Positions 19,095 to 29,239 of a stretch of 64,000 bases of DNA are shown here, in pieces. The stretch comes from a virus (taxonomy: Duplodnaviria; Heunggongvirae; Uroviricota; Caudoviricetes), in IMG/VR virus record IMGVR_UViG_2534682349_000001. One strand, written 5' to 3'. The translations under genes and the position numbers were made by a program. Each line of letters opens with the position of its first letter. The first letter of the stretch is position 1. Under the pieces are notes generated by a model that ran no database searches, had not been told where the DNA came from, and was given only the letters and a program-made list of their open reading frames with translations.

Positions 19095-19289
19095 CTACTT
19101 AAGTCTTAATCCCGCTTTAATAGATTGCTCAATGCCGTAATTACTCAAATCTAACTTGCGCACTCGTTTATATTTTCCGCATTTACTACATTGATAGATT
19201 TCTGACATGTTACTACCGTCCCAGTAGGGGTAATAGATGTCATCTAACCACCTATAATCATGTTTACAAAATAATTGTTTAAGCTGCAT
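19095..19289 (-). CDS. small zinc-ribbon protein
   Basis: CKHDY...CSKCGK Cys pairs. Confidence 0.4.
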   Translation of the reverse strand: MQLKQLFCKHDYRWLDDIYYPYWDGSNMSEIYQCSKCGKYKRVRKLDLSNYGIEQSIKAGLRLK

Positions 19290-19617
19290 CTTTCTTAACC
19301 TTTACAAATTTATCCTGAGTCGCTGACCCTTCATATATTGTTTCATCATACTCAAATTCATTTCTATACATTTCAATATTCCCGACAACTTTTTCTGCTT
19401 CAGATAAGTATCGGTTGCATCTATTAAGTTGATATCTGCGAATACGAATTGTGTCATGATCAAACCAATAACGCTCATCATTATTAGTTGCTTCCGCTTC
19501 CTTGTCAGCATAACTTAACGCTAATTCATATGAATCAGTAACACCAACTACATATTCTGCATAATCGCTATACCAACCACTAGCGTGAATTACTACATAA
19601 ATGTCTTTTGTTTTCAT
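19279..19617 (-). CDS. hypothetical protein
   Basis: 112-aa ORF. Confidence 0.45.
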   Translation of the reverse strand: MKTKDIYVVIHASGWYSDYAEYVVGVTDSYELALSYADKEAEATNNDERYWFDHDTIRIRRYQLNRCNRYLSEAEKVVGNIEMYRNEFEYDETIYEGSATQDKFVKVKKDAA

Positions 19618-19642
19618 TTATTCTCCTTATAAAACTGGCATT

Positions 19643-19951
19643 TTACAAACCGTTATTTTCCCAATAATTGTTGTGCCAATATTCTGAAAAATTCAGAAAA
19701 GCACCACACGAAATCCAATCAATCAATACCCAATACGGGTAAAAGACCAATCGTACTAGTTGAAACAATCCAACCAAAGCCATAAATGGAAGAGCTATAA
19801 TGATTGCCAACCATTGTCTAACGCTTAATCCCTTGAATTGTTCAAAAAAGTCCCTTAAAAGATTTGATAATAATGTCATCACATTACTCCTGACCAAGCT
19901 TAATCTAACGAAGCTAAAACTAGGGCAACTAAAGTCCAACCAAGACACCAA
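19643..19951 (-). CDS. membrane protein
   Basis: Hydrophobic helices. Confidence 0.4.
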   Translation of the reverse strand: MVSWLDFSCPSFSFVRLSLVRSNVMTLLSNLLRDFFEQFKGLSVRQWLAIIIALPFMALVGLFQLVRLVFYPYWVLIDWISCGAFLNFSEYWHNNYWENNGL

Positions 19952-20085
19952 CCTGGCGCATGAAAAGCCACTTCACCGACAATCGTGGCACCAAGACCGA
20001 TTACCGCCAAGCCTTTACCGATTGATTTGGCCCGCGCAGCCTTAATTCCTGCTTTAACAACTTCTTTTACTTCATTTTCGTCCAT
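19900..20085 (-). CDS. small membrane protein
   Basis: Hydrophobic. Overlaps its neighbour. Confidence 0.3.
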   Translation of the reverse strand: MDENEVKEVVKAGIKAARAKSIGKGLAVIGLGATIVGEVAFHAPGWCLGWTLVALVLASLD

Positions 20086-20101
20086 TATCTATTTATTCCT
20101 C

Positions 20102-20305
20102 CTACCATGGCATGAAAGACATAATGCCATAAATACCCAAAATAATAGGTGCTGATAGCATTACAATACTTTCTGCATTGCTCTTTACATGATTTTCTGA
20201 TCCATTATCAACTATTCTTATAGTGAGATACATCGTCACTTCAATTACGAACGTTGCAATAATTGGAATTAATAAGTGTTCAATCATCGAAGTCCACCTT
20301 TTCAC
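20102..20305 (-). CDS. small membrane protein
   Basis: Hydrophobic. Confidence 0.4.
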   Translation of the reverse strand: MKRWTSMIEHLLIPIIATFVIEVTMYLTIRIVDNGSENHVKSNAESIVMLSAPIILGIYGIMSFMPW

Positions 20306-21105
20306 TTTTCAAAAAATGCAATACTCTTACCGATATGAATGGCACTTAAACCCGGTTTGGAAAACCATAATGTATGAAGCGCTGTGATCTGACTAGTCAA
20401 GATCGTAATTAACCAACTAATAATTTTGTTATATTCATCTTGAGTGAGATTAAAGAATGTGTCATCGTACATTCCCTCCACATGAATGAATTGACCATAT
20501 CGCTTATTTCTCCTCATCCTCAACGAATCAGTTTTAACTTCACGTTTTGCATACCAGTAAAGCATATGGCTATCATTCTCCAACGAGAAGCATGGAATTC
20601 CGTATGTATCTAATAATCGCTCACCGTCTAGGGCTGAATAGTGAGTTATCTTAAATGACGGCCTTGCTACATGATTATCAATAGCAAGAAATTGTCTGTC
20701 TGTAGAATCTATATAATAATCATCAAACCAACTTATTAACCGTGGATAAGCTCTATAATCTGTGATTTTCGTATAAATTAGTGTGTTCGTGTTTTTTAGA
20801 ATTTCACCTTCTACCGACTCTTGTATCCTACAAAAAACTTTATAAAAATTTCGAGTCATTGGTGCAACTATTCTTGTGGCTCTTTTCAATATACTGACTT
20901 GTTCTTCTGAGATGGATGAAGCATCATGCTCTTTAAGCACTTGTTCGGAAAGAATCTGTAATTCCTCTAGAACAGAATTGACATGTTCGAAATTTCTATA
21001 TAAATTCTTATTTTCTCTTACATCGTCAATAACCGTTTTTAAGGTCTGAAGTCTTGGGTCTTCGAATTCAACTACTGTTTTACTCATTGATACTCCACCT
21101 ACCAT
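20302..21105 (-). CDS. hypothetical protein (267 aa)
   Basis: Long ORF joined to its neighbours by overlapping start/stop. Confidence 0.5.
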   Translation of the reverse strand: MVGGVSMSKTVVEFEDPRLQTLKTVIDDVRENKNLYRNFEHVNSVLEELQILSEQVLKEHDASSISEEQVSILKRATRIVAPMTRNFYKVFCRIQESVEGEILKNTNTLIYTKITDYRAYPRLISWFDDYYIDSTDRQFLAIDNHVARPSFKITHYSALDGERLLDTYGIPCFSLENDSHMLYWYAKREVKTDSLRMRRNKRYGQFIHVEGMYDDTFFNLTQDEYNKIISWLITILTSQITALHTLWFSKPGLSAIHIGKSIAFFEK

Positions 21106-21467
21106 GATCTTCCAGCTACTAAGTCTTCCAATGGAATTTCTTGTTCACTATCCTTTGGTCGAAAACGAATCTCCTTTATTTCCTTAGGCTTATGGAAATT
21201 ATCGACGAAGAAAATAATCATCTCCTTCATTCCCCCTTCTGTTAAAAGACGGTAATATTTCCCTCTATGCTTCGCCCCTTCGTATCTCAGAGGGTGTCCA
21301 ATCGGGAAAACCTTCAATTTTTGAGGCAGGGTCTTTAATGCATACTGATCTTGCTGATCTCTTTTCAATCTTTTTTTGATTTTCTTGTATAAACGACGTT
21401 TCTTTCCCAAATAGTATGAGAAGGGAACTTCACCTTTCTTATAAAAACCTGCCACCTTACTCATCAA
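21099..21467 (-). CDS. hypothetical basic protein
   Basis: 122-aa ORF. Confidence 0.45.
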   Translation of the reverse strand: MMSKVAGFYKKGEVPFSYYLGKKRRLYKKIKKRLKRDQQDQYALKTLPQKLKVFPIGHPLRYEGAKHRGKYYRLLTEGGMKEMIIFFVDNFHKPKEIKEIRFRPKDSEQEIPLEDLVAGRSW

Positions 21468-21843
21468 TATCCACCGTCCTATCTTTGTCTAAATAAACCA
21501 ATCTTGGCTTAACAGAAATATCAGTTGCTCCTTCTTCACGTTGCTTTAAAACAAAAGCCCAAGCATCTTCTTCTCTTGAAAAGACATCGGTTTCACGCAA
21601 TGGACCATAGTCGTCATGAGTTGTGTACTCAGCAATGTAAACACGAGGCAAATCCGGCTTAGTAATTCTCCACATGTTTTTATGTATTTCTTCCTTGGCT
21701 TTCTTGTTTTCCTCTTGATAGTGTTCTATCACCATTTTTATAGCCTCTACTTGTTCTGAACTTAAGACTAACTTATTTACTGGTGTTGTAACCAAATTAG
21801 AAACAATATTTCTTACTTCATTTCGTTTTTTATCAAAATACAT
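21457..21843 (-). CDS. hypothetical protein
   Basis: 128-aa ORF. Confidence 0.45.
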   Translation of the reverse strand: MYFDKKRNEVRNIVSNLVTTPVNKLVLSSEQVEAIKMVIEHYQEENKKAKEEIHKNMWRITKPDLPRVYIAEYTTHDDYGPLRETDVFSREEDAWAFVLKQREEGATDISVKPRLVYLDKDRTVDIDE

Positions 21844-21854
21844 ATCTAATCCTC

Positions 21855-22052
21855 CTAGATAATCATTGTCGGCTCATCAAACATAGACACTTTAATCAAT
21901 TCCGCAGAGGATTTTTCCTGCTCCCGGGCGAGTCTTTCACCACGTAAACCAGGTAAAACATTATGGACGGCGGTATCAATAGCCTCTTCTTCTGAATGAG
22001 CTGCTACTAATCCTAGATAATATGTTCCAATTACGACCCTATATAAATGCAT
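21855..22052 (-). CDS. hypothetical protein
   Basis: 65-aa ORF. Confidence 0.4.
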   Translation of the reverse strand: MHLYRVVIGTYYLGLVAAHSEEEAIDTAVHNVLPGLRGERLAREQEKSSAELIKVSMFDEPTMII

Positions 22053-22054
22053 CT

Positions 22055-22579
22055 TTACCCCTCCGCAATCTTTTGTTTAGCTTCAGAAATAACCTGCATA
22101 CTTCCGTCCAGTGTTTTCCTAATTTCGCTGAATTCTTTTAATAACTGTTCCCAAGCAACATCAGCAAAACGATGATTAACATGAGGACTCTTCATTCGCT
22201 CACAGTAATCCATCATTGCCTGAATATTGTCGTAGATTTTACCGGCAGTTCGAACTTTCTTCTGCTTTACTAACAAATCCAATGCTTCATTAATAGCCGA
22301 TTTAACTTCTGGATTAGTATTCACCTTGAACCCGTTATCGTCATGCTCATTCTCTGAATAAACCGTAATAACTTGCTTCTGGCGTGTATCAATGACAAAC
22401 ACAATATCGTGTAGTCGATACTTTTCACGATTATTATTCTGTTTCTCAACGAATTCACCTTGAGATAATAAACGACTCATCCAGCCATCAAATTCAGTTT
22501 TAGTGATGTTGAATCTTGTTAAGATTCGTTCTTTAGCATGTTCTGTTACCTTATAAAGCGGAAAGTTCTTAACTCCCAT
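22055..22579 (-). CDS. hypothetical protein
   Basis: 174-aa ORF. Confidence 0.45.
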   Translation of the reverse strand: MGVKNFPLYKVTEHAKERILTRFNITKTEFDGWMSRLLSQGEFVEKQNNNREKYRLHDIVFVIDTRQKQVITVYSENEHDDNGFKVNTNPEVKSAINEALDLLVKQKKVRTAGKIYDNIQAMMDYCERMKSPHVNHRFADVAWEQLLKEFSEIRKTLDGSMQVISEAKQKIAEG

Positions 22580-22595
22580 CTAAAATCCTCCATTG

Positions 22596-22832
22596 TTACA
22601 TTCTCATTATGTTATTCAACATGATTGGCGTTGTTCTAATACTGTCTAAATCTTCAAGTTTACAGGTGAATGATCCGTCATTCCCGAAGTCAATCGTGCA
22701 TACTCCCTTAATTGGTTCGGTAATATTCTCAACTTTACCCGGAAATGACATAAGTGCTTGATGTTTCAAATTAATTGTCGTTAGCCAGGCACTGCTTCCT
22801 GTTGGTACTGGTCTCCCTCGAAATGTCTTCAT
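22596..22832 (-). CDS. hypothetical protein
   Basis: 78-aa ORF. Confidence 0.4.
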   Translation of the reverse strand: MKTFRGRPVPTGSSAWLTTINLKHQALMSFPGKVENITEPIKGVCTIDFGNDGSFTCKLEDLDSIRTTPIMLNNIMRM

Positions 22833-22844
22833 TTAAGGCGCTCC

Positions 22845-23060
22845 TTAATTAATAATCGTTTCTTCGGCATAATCATTTGGGTCGATTGGACTACCAGCCT
22901 CAAAGTCACTTGTTTTATAACGCTCAAAGCCAGCCATATCATTACAGCTATCGACTACTAGGCGCACTGCATTTTCTGGCGATCTAGCAATTACTACGCT
23001 ACTTTCAATTCCTTTAAACGCAATATTGTCTTTAAGTGCTACCACTTCGTAAATGTGCAT
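22845..23060 (-). CDS. small conserved protein, paralog of 3856..4059
   Basis: Internal start MHIYEVV after a GAGGAGG RBS. The longer ORF-track version (to 23291) overlaps the next gene. Confidence 0.5.
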   Translation of the reverse strand: MHIYEVVALKDNIAFKGIESSVVIARSPENAVRLVVDSCNDMAGFERYKTSDFEAGSPIDPNDYAEETIIN

Positions 23061-23076
23061 TAATATTGTCCTCCTC

Positions 23077-23322
23077 TTAGTCCAAGCAGTATAATTTTCG
23101 TTCCATTTCAGCTCGGTAATCCGAGTTATATCTTTGAGCTCTAAGTAATCTAACGCCTTCTTCATATGTACCGAATTCACCAACGATCCAATCATTATCA
23201 CCACACTCATCGCAAGTTTCTTGAATATCATCTTCTTGATCAGGATCATTAGTGACTCTTTCAAAGTAATCTCCACCAAGATGTCCTTCAACCAGATAAT
23301 AGGAATGTTTTAGATTACACAT
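23077..23322 (-). CDS. hypothetical protein with CDECGDNDW Cys motif
   Basis: 81-aa ORF. Confidence 0.4.
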   Translation of the reverse strand: MCNLKHSYYLVEGHLGGDYFERVTNDPDQEDDIQETCDECGDNDWIVGEFGTYEEGVRLLRAQRYNSDYRAEMERKLYCLD

Positions 23323-23683
23323 TTAACGAACCTCCAAAATGTTCTTTTAGGAAAATGTCCATATCTTCATGCCACCCTGATTTATAATTCCAAATGCGAC
23401 CTTTAGAATCTATAAATTCCCAACTAGAATTTTTTGTGCAATATTCCGCTTCTTTTGGTGTGATTTCATCAGCGTCTTTATTGAACCAATTTTCTATGCC
23501 ACTACCTCGGTTAATTGCTTTTGATCTTTCGGTTTCTGAGAAAAAGAATCCGTATTTAACAGCCTCTAAATCATTTTTTAATAAGATGTGTCCATGATTA
23601 AATTGATACCATCCATACCAGCCATGCCAGCTTTTGTGCTCTTCAAAGTAGAGAGGATTTCCCCGAAGTAGCCAAAACCTCAT
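23315..23683 (-). CDS. hypothetical protein
   Basis: 122-aa ORF. Confidence 0.45.
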   Translation of the reverse strand: MRFWLLRGNPLYFEEHKSWHGWYGWYQFNHGHILLKNDLEAVKYGFFFSETERSKAINRGSGIENWFNKDADEITPKEAEYCTKNSSWEFIDSKGRIWNYKSGWHEDMDIFLKEHFGGSLNV

Positions 23684-24102
23684 TAATCTTCTCCTCTGAC
23701 TGGTTCAATCTTTACGTTATCCCAATTAATAGCCGCAAATAATGGGTCATTTTTTATCTTTTCAATTTCTGATTGAGTGAAGTGAGTTTGAAAATGTTCT
23801 GACTCATCATCGGTATCTAATGTATACCTTTGTTCATCGGCCTCAAAGTTGATGTACCCTTTATTATTTGAAAGCACTTGAACAGTATATTTAATCTTAT
23901 TCATTACTAATTTAAGACGTTTATTCAGACTATCTCTATACATTGCCATACCAACCATTTGATTACCCAACAACATTTGATCAACGGTTGAAATGCTTAA
24001 GAAGTCATCACTATCAATGAATTCTTGTAGTTTTTTCAACTTATTTTCTAATTCAAATAATTCGACATTTAATTTTTCAGTATGAATTTCAGCGTTTGTC
24101 AT
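23683..24102 (-). CDS. hypothetical protein
   Basis: 139-aa ORF. Confidence 0.45.
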   Translation of the reverse strand: MTNAEIHTEKLNVELFELENKLKKLQEFIDSDDFLSISTVDQMLLGNQMVGMAMYRDSLNKRLKLVMNKIKYTVQVLSNNKGYINFEADEQRYTLDTDDESEHFQTHFTQSEIEKIKNDPLFAAINWDNVKIEPVRGED

Positions 24103-24621
24103 TTATTCTTCTACCTCCACTGGTTCAATTGCCTTTACCCATTCAGGTGCTTCTTCAATATCTTTGGCGGTGACCACACGTTCATCCATAATTCCCTCAA
24201 CACCAAAAACATGACAAATAGTCCAAACACCATGCCTATTCTTATATGCATAGCCCTGAGTAGTTTCTCCAAGACATCCATGTTCTTCTGTACCTTCCAT
24301 AGGTAAAATGTATTTTTTATTAGGGTCAAGATCTACATTTTTCCATTCGATAGAGAGATGCCAAACCTTATCAGTACCCATATCTTTTTCAAGATTTACG
24401 TTGTATCCCTGTTTAACCAGTTCGTTAAAAACACGGTCGGCTAAATAAAGACTATCTATCCAATAATCTATTGAGGTATTACGGTTATTCACTTCCTCAT
24501 GGATGAAATTATAAACATCTATGAGCAGCTTAATGTAATCTTCCTCTGTACCAACTGAACGCTTATGTGCCTCCCGGGCTGTCATTTTTACTGGAACAAC
24601 ATCTTTTTCGTACGTAAGCAT
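24103..24621 (-). CDS. hypothetical protein
   Basis: 172-aa ORF. Confidence 0.45.
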   Translation of the reverse strand: MLTYEKDVVPVKMTAREAHKRSVGTEEDYIKLLIDVYNFIHEEVNNRNTSIDYWIDSLYLADRVFNELVKQGYNVNLEKDMGTDKVWHLSIEWKNVDLDPNKKYILPMEGTEEHGCLGETTQGYAYKNRHGVWTICHVFGVEGIMDERVVTAKDIEEAPEWVKAIEPVEVEE

Positions 24622-24685
24622 TACTTTTCCTCCTCGGTATATGTATAAGGGAGAGCTCCCTTGTTGCGTATATGTTTGTTATAAG

Positions 24686-25471
24686 TTAAGCTGCTTCCTT
24701 ATCGTCAGCATCATATTCGCCTTCATGGTCAGTAAGCTGTAAATTAGTTAAAGCACCAATTAGTTCTAAGTGCTTAGCGTTATCAATAGAACCAACTTCT
24801 AACAACTTATCGTAAATTTGACGTAAGACCGTCTTTCTATCTTCAAGATTTTCCATGAAGTCATACTTGTCTCCATCAATAACCAATAATGGAGACTTGT
24901 CGTAGGTATGTTTCCAATCTTCGTAATACTCAAGTAAAGTTTTGTAGTAATTGACTAAAGATGGATCATTTTCAATTTGTTCATATTCACGGCCACGCTT
25001 TTTAATTCGCTTAAGCATAGTCTCATACGAAACATTAATCATAACCATTAAATCAGGAGCCTTTTTCCCAGGACTAAATTTAGGATATTCTTCCATCATA
25101 TTGTCTAGAAGTTGTTTATAGATGTCATATTCTTCCTGTGTCGTATTGCCCATATCTGCGTTCATACGCATAAAAATGGCGTCTTCGAAGATTGACCTAT
25201 CCAGGACGTTATTATTGTTTTGCATTGCTTTTTTAATGAGATCGAAACGTCTATTTACAAAAAACACCTGTAATACGAACGCAAATGGGTTTGTCGCTTT
25301 CATATCCCCTTCCGCTCTCTTCTTTGCCACATCCTCATTTCCCTGATAGAACAATTTCAGCACTGGATTGTCCGTTACTGGTTCATAAAATGGTTCTGTT
25401 CCTAATTGTTCTGCTAAAATCTTGGTCATCGAGCTTTTGCCGCTCCCAATGATTCCTGACATCGTAATCAA
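24686..25471 (-). CDS. deoxynucleoside kinase (dNK/dGK family)
   Basis: P-loop GIIGSGKSS at the N-terminus, dNK-family length (261 aa), ERS/DRS-like motif region. Confidence 0.8.
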   Translation of the reverse strand: MITMSGIIGSGKSSMTKILAEQLGTEPFYEPVTDNPVLKLFYQGNEDVAKKRAEGDMKATNPFAFVLQVFFVNRRFDLIKKAMQNNNNVLDRSIFEDAIFMRMNADMGNTTQEEYDIYKQLLDNMMEEYPKFSPGKKAPDLMVMINVSYETMLKRIKKRGREYEQIENDPSLVNYYKTLLEYYEDWKHTYDKSPLLVIDGDKYDFMENLEDRKTVLRQIYDKLLEVGSIDNAKHLELIGALTNLQLTDHEGEYDADDKEAA

Positions 25472-25507
25472 TATAGTACTCAGCTCCTCTTAAATTTTTG
25501 TATACAA

Positions 25508-25555
25508 AAAGCGTCACCAGATTCTAACCAATCTCGCAAAGTGACGCTTTATTTG
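25508..25555. terminator. bidirectional hairpin terminator between the tRNA array and the dNK gene
   Basis: aaagcgtcac ... gtgacgcttt stem with T-runs on both sides. Confidence 0.4.
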
Positions 25556-25603
25556 TATGTCTCGTTTGTAAATACGTAATAAAGAATTTCGCTAATTATA
25601 GCT

Positions 25604-25664
25604 ATGAGGTAGATGGGAATCGAACCCACATCCTAGCATGATCTACCAATTGAACTACTACCTC
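25604..25664 (-). tRNA. tRNA-like element, truncated (61 nt). It has an acceptor stem, a D-like arm and a T arm but no anticodon arm.
   Basis: 7-bp acceptor GAGGTAG/CTACCTC and T arm GTGGG-TTCGATT-CCCAT. Only about 9 nt sit where the 17-nt anticodon arm should be. Confidence 0.25.
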
Positions 25665-25956
25665 TGTCGGCTTTGTACACTCACCAACATTCCAAAGATC
25701 TTATTTTAAGCTCACAAATTTATTACACGGATAGGAGCTAGGTTCTACGTTTACCTGAATCGCCGTGGTTTCTATAAGAAATTTCTAACAACGAGGGAGC
25801 TACCCTCCGGCTTCAATTTATCGGAAGTGAAACCTTAGACGCTACGTTTCCTATTTATAGACGGATACACGTCTTCTTCGTTATCACCCACTCTGCCGTA
25901 CACCTTCATTGTGTATGATTGAGCTACTCTAGCACATAATGTGACGATCAATCCCC

Positions 25957-26035
25957 GTGCTGGAGGTTGGACTCGAACCAACAACCTGATGATTAAAACG
26001 AATATGGAGTAGACGGGAGTCGAACCCGTGTCCAA
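25957..26035 (-). other. two tandem tRNA 3'-half-like elements (T arm plus 3' acceptor strand) with no matching 5' halves
   Basis: GTTGG-TTCGAGT-CCAAC plus CTCCAGCA, and ACGGG-TTCGACT-CCCGT plus CTACTCCA. No complementary 5' acceptor strand lies within 90 nt. Confidence 0.3.
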
Positions 26036-26441
26036 CCAAACCAGTTTCCAAATACATTTTAGACTTAATAGGACTATGTTCTAAATTTTCGACTTAGGGA
26101 ACGTTACATAGTAATTTTCCAAAAACTACCTAGTCTAGCTAGTTTTAATACTTAGTCACACTCAAACTAGCAAATCATGAACTAAGACCAGAGGGGTGAA
26201 ATATGATAGCTAATATCCTTATCTGGTATCAAAATATTAACCAAGTGCCTATAAGCTAGGCAGCTAAAGCTGTAACTCTATGGTTATTTGCTTTTATATT
26301 TAAATGAAAGTATTTCGGCGTTATCTTCCGTAAGTCGTATTTAGGGCTTTATTTGACTGTCGAATCCATAAACTACCCCAGAATAGAACTTTAAATCATA
26401 GCTCCAAATAATAACTCAAATCGACTTCTTAATGAAGTCTA

Positions 26442-26515
26442 TAACACATACAGGATTTGAACCTGTGACCTCTTACCATTTCGGTAAGTGCTCTACCTAG
26501 CTGAGCTAATGTGTT
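26442..26515 (-). tRNA. tRNA with an atypical anticodon loop; isotype unresolved (loop CGAAATG, no U33)
   Basis: Perfect 7-bp acceptor AACACAT/ATGTGTT, canonical D arm GCTCAGCTAGGTAGAGC and T arm ACAGG-TTCAAAT-CCTGT. Anticodon stem CTTAC/GTAAG. Confidence 0.45.
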
Positions 26516-26981
26516 ACTTATATATCAAAATATTTATTCTGGTGGAACCCCTAACAGCTTTTGCCTTATTCCACATTTATTCCTACTAGCTTCATAGGAT
26601 GGGCATAGTCCTTATCCCTGCTAAGGGGCGCTGTCGTTACTCGCTGAATATTTTGATATGTTCTTGTTAAGGGAGACTCATTTCAAGACCTCAACATCAG
26701 TCGGTTGAATGACTACTTACGCGCTAAGGATGTATACTATCCTTTCATCATCTTCCCACCTGGTAGCTAACCCCACTCACGGATTCCGCACATGCCTACG
26801 CTCCGTCAGCGAATATTGTACCTGTCTTTTATAAAATCCTGATTTTCTCACCTGTTCAGGTTCAGTCTTGAATTAAAACCTCTGCGATCGGTCGTAACCT
26901 TTAATGCAAAGGGATTGTTCTTAAAGATTGATAGCTACGATTTTGTTTTATTTTGCGACCTCGGCTATCTGCTTGCCGCTA

Positions 26982-27076
26982 TACTCCCACCGAGACTCGA
27001 ACTCGGATCATCCAATAATCTGTTGGCATTCGCTCGGGTATAGACCGAGAGCCTTACCAATTAGGCCATGGGAGTG
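26982..27076 (-). tRNA. class II (long variable arm) tRNA with anticodon-loop sequence TCTATAC; isotype uncertain
   Basis: Acceptor ACTCCCA/TGGGAGT, D arm GCCTAATTGGTAAGGC, anticodon stem CTCGG/CCGAG, about 27-nt variable arm, T arm with TTCGAGT. Confidence 0.5.
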
Positions 27077-27254
27077 TAATAAAGAGGTGATTTATTTATA
27101 TTCGCAGCTACACCCCGCTGCTATCACATGCCAACAATACTAGGCAGCCTACCCCACCCTCGTGTTGACTTCGAGACACCAGTTTTACAGTCTATGTTTC
27201 CAAGGACACACTGGATTTACTCTCCGCTCCGTTAAGTGAAATACAATTCTAGCG

Positions 27255-27340
27255 ACGGTACACTAGAATCGAACCACCAATAAGGGATTCGAACCCTCAA
27301 CACCGCGTTGCAATCGCGCCTAGACATCTCATTTGGATTT
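27255..27340 (-). other. tRNA-like region with two T-arm-like motifs and an anticodon-like hairpin (CGCG-ATTGCAA-CGCG). No canonical acceptor found.
   Basis: GAGGG-TTCGAAT-CCCTT and GGTGG-TTCGATT-CTAG motifs on the − strand. Confidence 0.25.
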
Positions 27341-27513
27341 TATTTACTCCTCTTGTTGAACTCACACTTGCGGATTGTGTTTATCTCAAAGGTCTCCATC
27401 AATGCTCTACTAGGTTATCCAATACTTACCATATCCGCATTTATGACTTTCTTGGGTGGTATCCAAACTTGGTGAGAATAAATCAAATACTTAATTTTAA
27501 TATTTGATTTAAC

Positions 27514-27586
27514 TGCAAATATCGGATTCGAACCGATGACACAAGGTTTAACAGACCTCTGCTCTAACCAACTGAGCTAATTTGCA
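27514..27586 (-). tRNA. tRNA-Asn (anticodon GTT)
   Basis: Reverse complement reads TGCAAAT-TA-GCTCAGTTGGTTAGAGC-A-GAGGT-CTGTTAA-ACCTT-GTGTC-ATCGG-TTCGAAT-CCGAT-ATTTGCA. Confidence 0.7.
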
Positions 27587-27841
27587 AATAGTGGTAGTTA
27601 CAAACGATAATCACTACCTGATAGCACGCTTTTATCTCGGACTATCTTTTTTCGGTATTACTACTGTTACAAATACTTCTTCTATAACAGCGAATACATC
27701 ATTAGGTAATTAACCTAAACTCGTTAGAGCGCCCCTGCGTACTAGCAAGTTACTAGCTTGAGGACTTATATGATGGCTTCCCTATAACTCATAGCAATGG
27801 TGTGCGCCCCACCCTAACTACTAATCTGTCTGCCACCGGAT

Positions 27842-27913
27842 TGCGGTAACAGGACTCGAACCTGCGCATGACGGCACCAAAAACCGTTGCCTTACCAACT
27901 TGGCTATACCGCA
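27842..27913 (-). tRNA. tRNA-Gln (anticodon TTG)
   Basis: Reverse complement reads TGCGGTAT-AGCCAAGTTGGTAAGGC-ACGGT-TTTTGGT-GCCGT-CATGC-GCAGG-TTCGAGT-CCTGT-TACCGCA. Confidence 0.6.
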
Positions 27914-28476
27914 AGAATGCTTATTGGACTGGATTTGAACCAGTATCATGACCCAACCACTTCCTAATTCTGATCAGCTTAATCAGACACGACAACTGTC
28001 GCTCGGATTTGCACCGAGATTAGTTGGGTCTCTGACCTTGTAACATCAGCTAAATATTACTTTTAGAGTCACTACAATAAGCGGTATCCACCCAGAAACG
28101 TAAGATAGTAGATTGATAAGTTAAGAGCTTGTTGACTGTGCTAAGTATCAGTCTGATTACTCTTAGAGCTTATATCTTTTTGATGGACATTGACTTAGCA
28201 ATTCTGTCCACGAAAAGTAATCGATAGGACAACCACCAACCTACCTTGTAGAAACGCTGTTAAGCTTTCGTGGTCATGGTCACTCATTCTACTTTCACGG
28301 GGTTCGCCATGACGCGAGCCGCTTGGCTTTTCTTAATAGCCTGCCCAGGCTACCAAAATACAACACTTATTAATAAATAAGTGAAGCGCCATGATTTAGG
28401 CACATATCCACATTTGTTTTCCCTTACACGTTGACCTTTATCCTACTTTGCCGAGGAGGCAACTGCTTATCGGGAA

Positions 28477-28531
28477 TAGTCCTGTTGGGAATCGAACCCA
28501 ATTAATCTTCCTAGTACCATCAGACAGGACT
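28477..28531 (-). tRNA. mini tRNA-like element (about 55 nt): acceptor plus T arm with one 23-nt internal segment
   Basis: Acceptor AGTCCTG/CAGGACT, T arm TTGGG-TTCGATT-CCCAA. Too short for a cloverleaf. Confidence 0.25.
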
Positions 28532-29239
28532 CCAAACATAATACATGTATCGTTTCTTGGTTTATCGGAAGAAACTTGTTAGAAAAGACCGTATCACACT
28601 TTAGGGAAGTGATGGTCCCGGCGTTTTACCGCCGATTAAGGAGTCAAGGTCCAAGTTATCATCTACTATTTTTGGCGTGCTCCCTATTCTTATACACGTC
28701 CTTGGCATCGCAATGCTACAGGGAGAGAGGTTTCATACTATTGTTTCGAGGCCCAACCTTCCAGCCAAGTAGAATCCCATCTAAAACTGGGTATAGCTCC
28801 AGTACGCTCATCTCATTATCAAATGAGATATTTATAAAAGAAGCATTTTACTAACAGAAGGCATAAACTGTCATTCTTCCCACTAGTGGTCAGAACTTTT
28901 TCTAGACTGCTTTTTATTTTTCAAAGGCTTCCGCCAATAACTAGTATGACTTGCAATCTTGTGTTTGTATTATTCAGGGTGTAGATTACCAGATCACCCG
29001 AACCCGCAACCTGAGAATTAAACCCAGCATTAACTTAGGCAATATCTGCATCGCAGGTAGTCGCACACGCAACCATAACAATAAGAAGCGTGGCATCAAT
29101 CACATTACGAGCATTAGAAACTCCTCCAGTTGTGAGTAGGATACCTCGTATAAATCACATTACTGCCATTTATACTCAAGCGCTTCAACCGACATACCTG
29201 TTGCCGGTTTTCCTATTATACATATCCATATAACAGAAA

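Noticed and set aside
22845-23291. Long version (148 aa) of the ORF at 22845..23291.
   Set aside because: Its N-terminal half overlaps gene 23077..23322 in another frame. The C-terminal 71 aa start at an internal Met with a perfect RBS and are paralogous to 3856..4059, so the short version was annotated.
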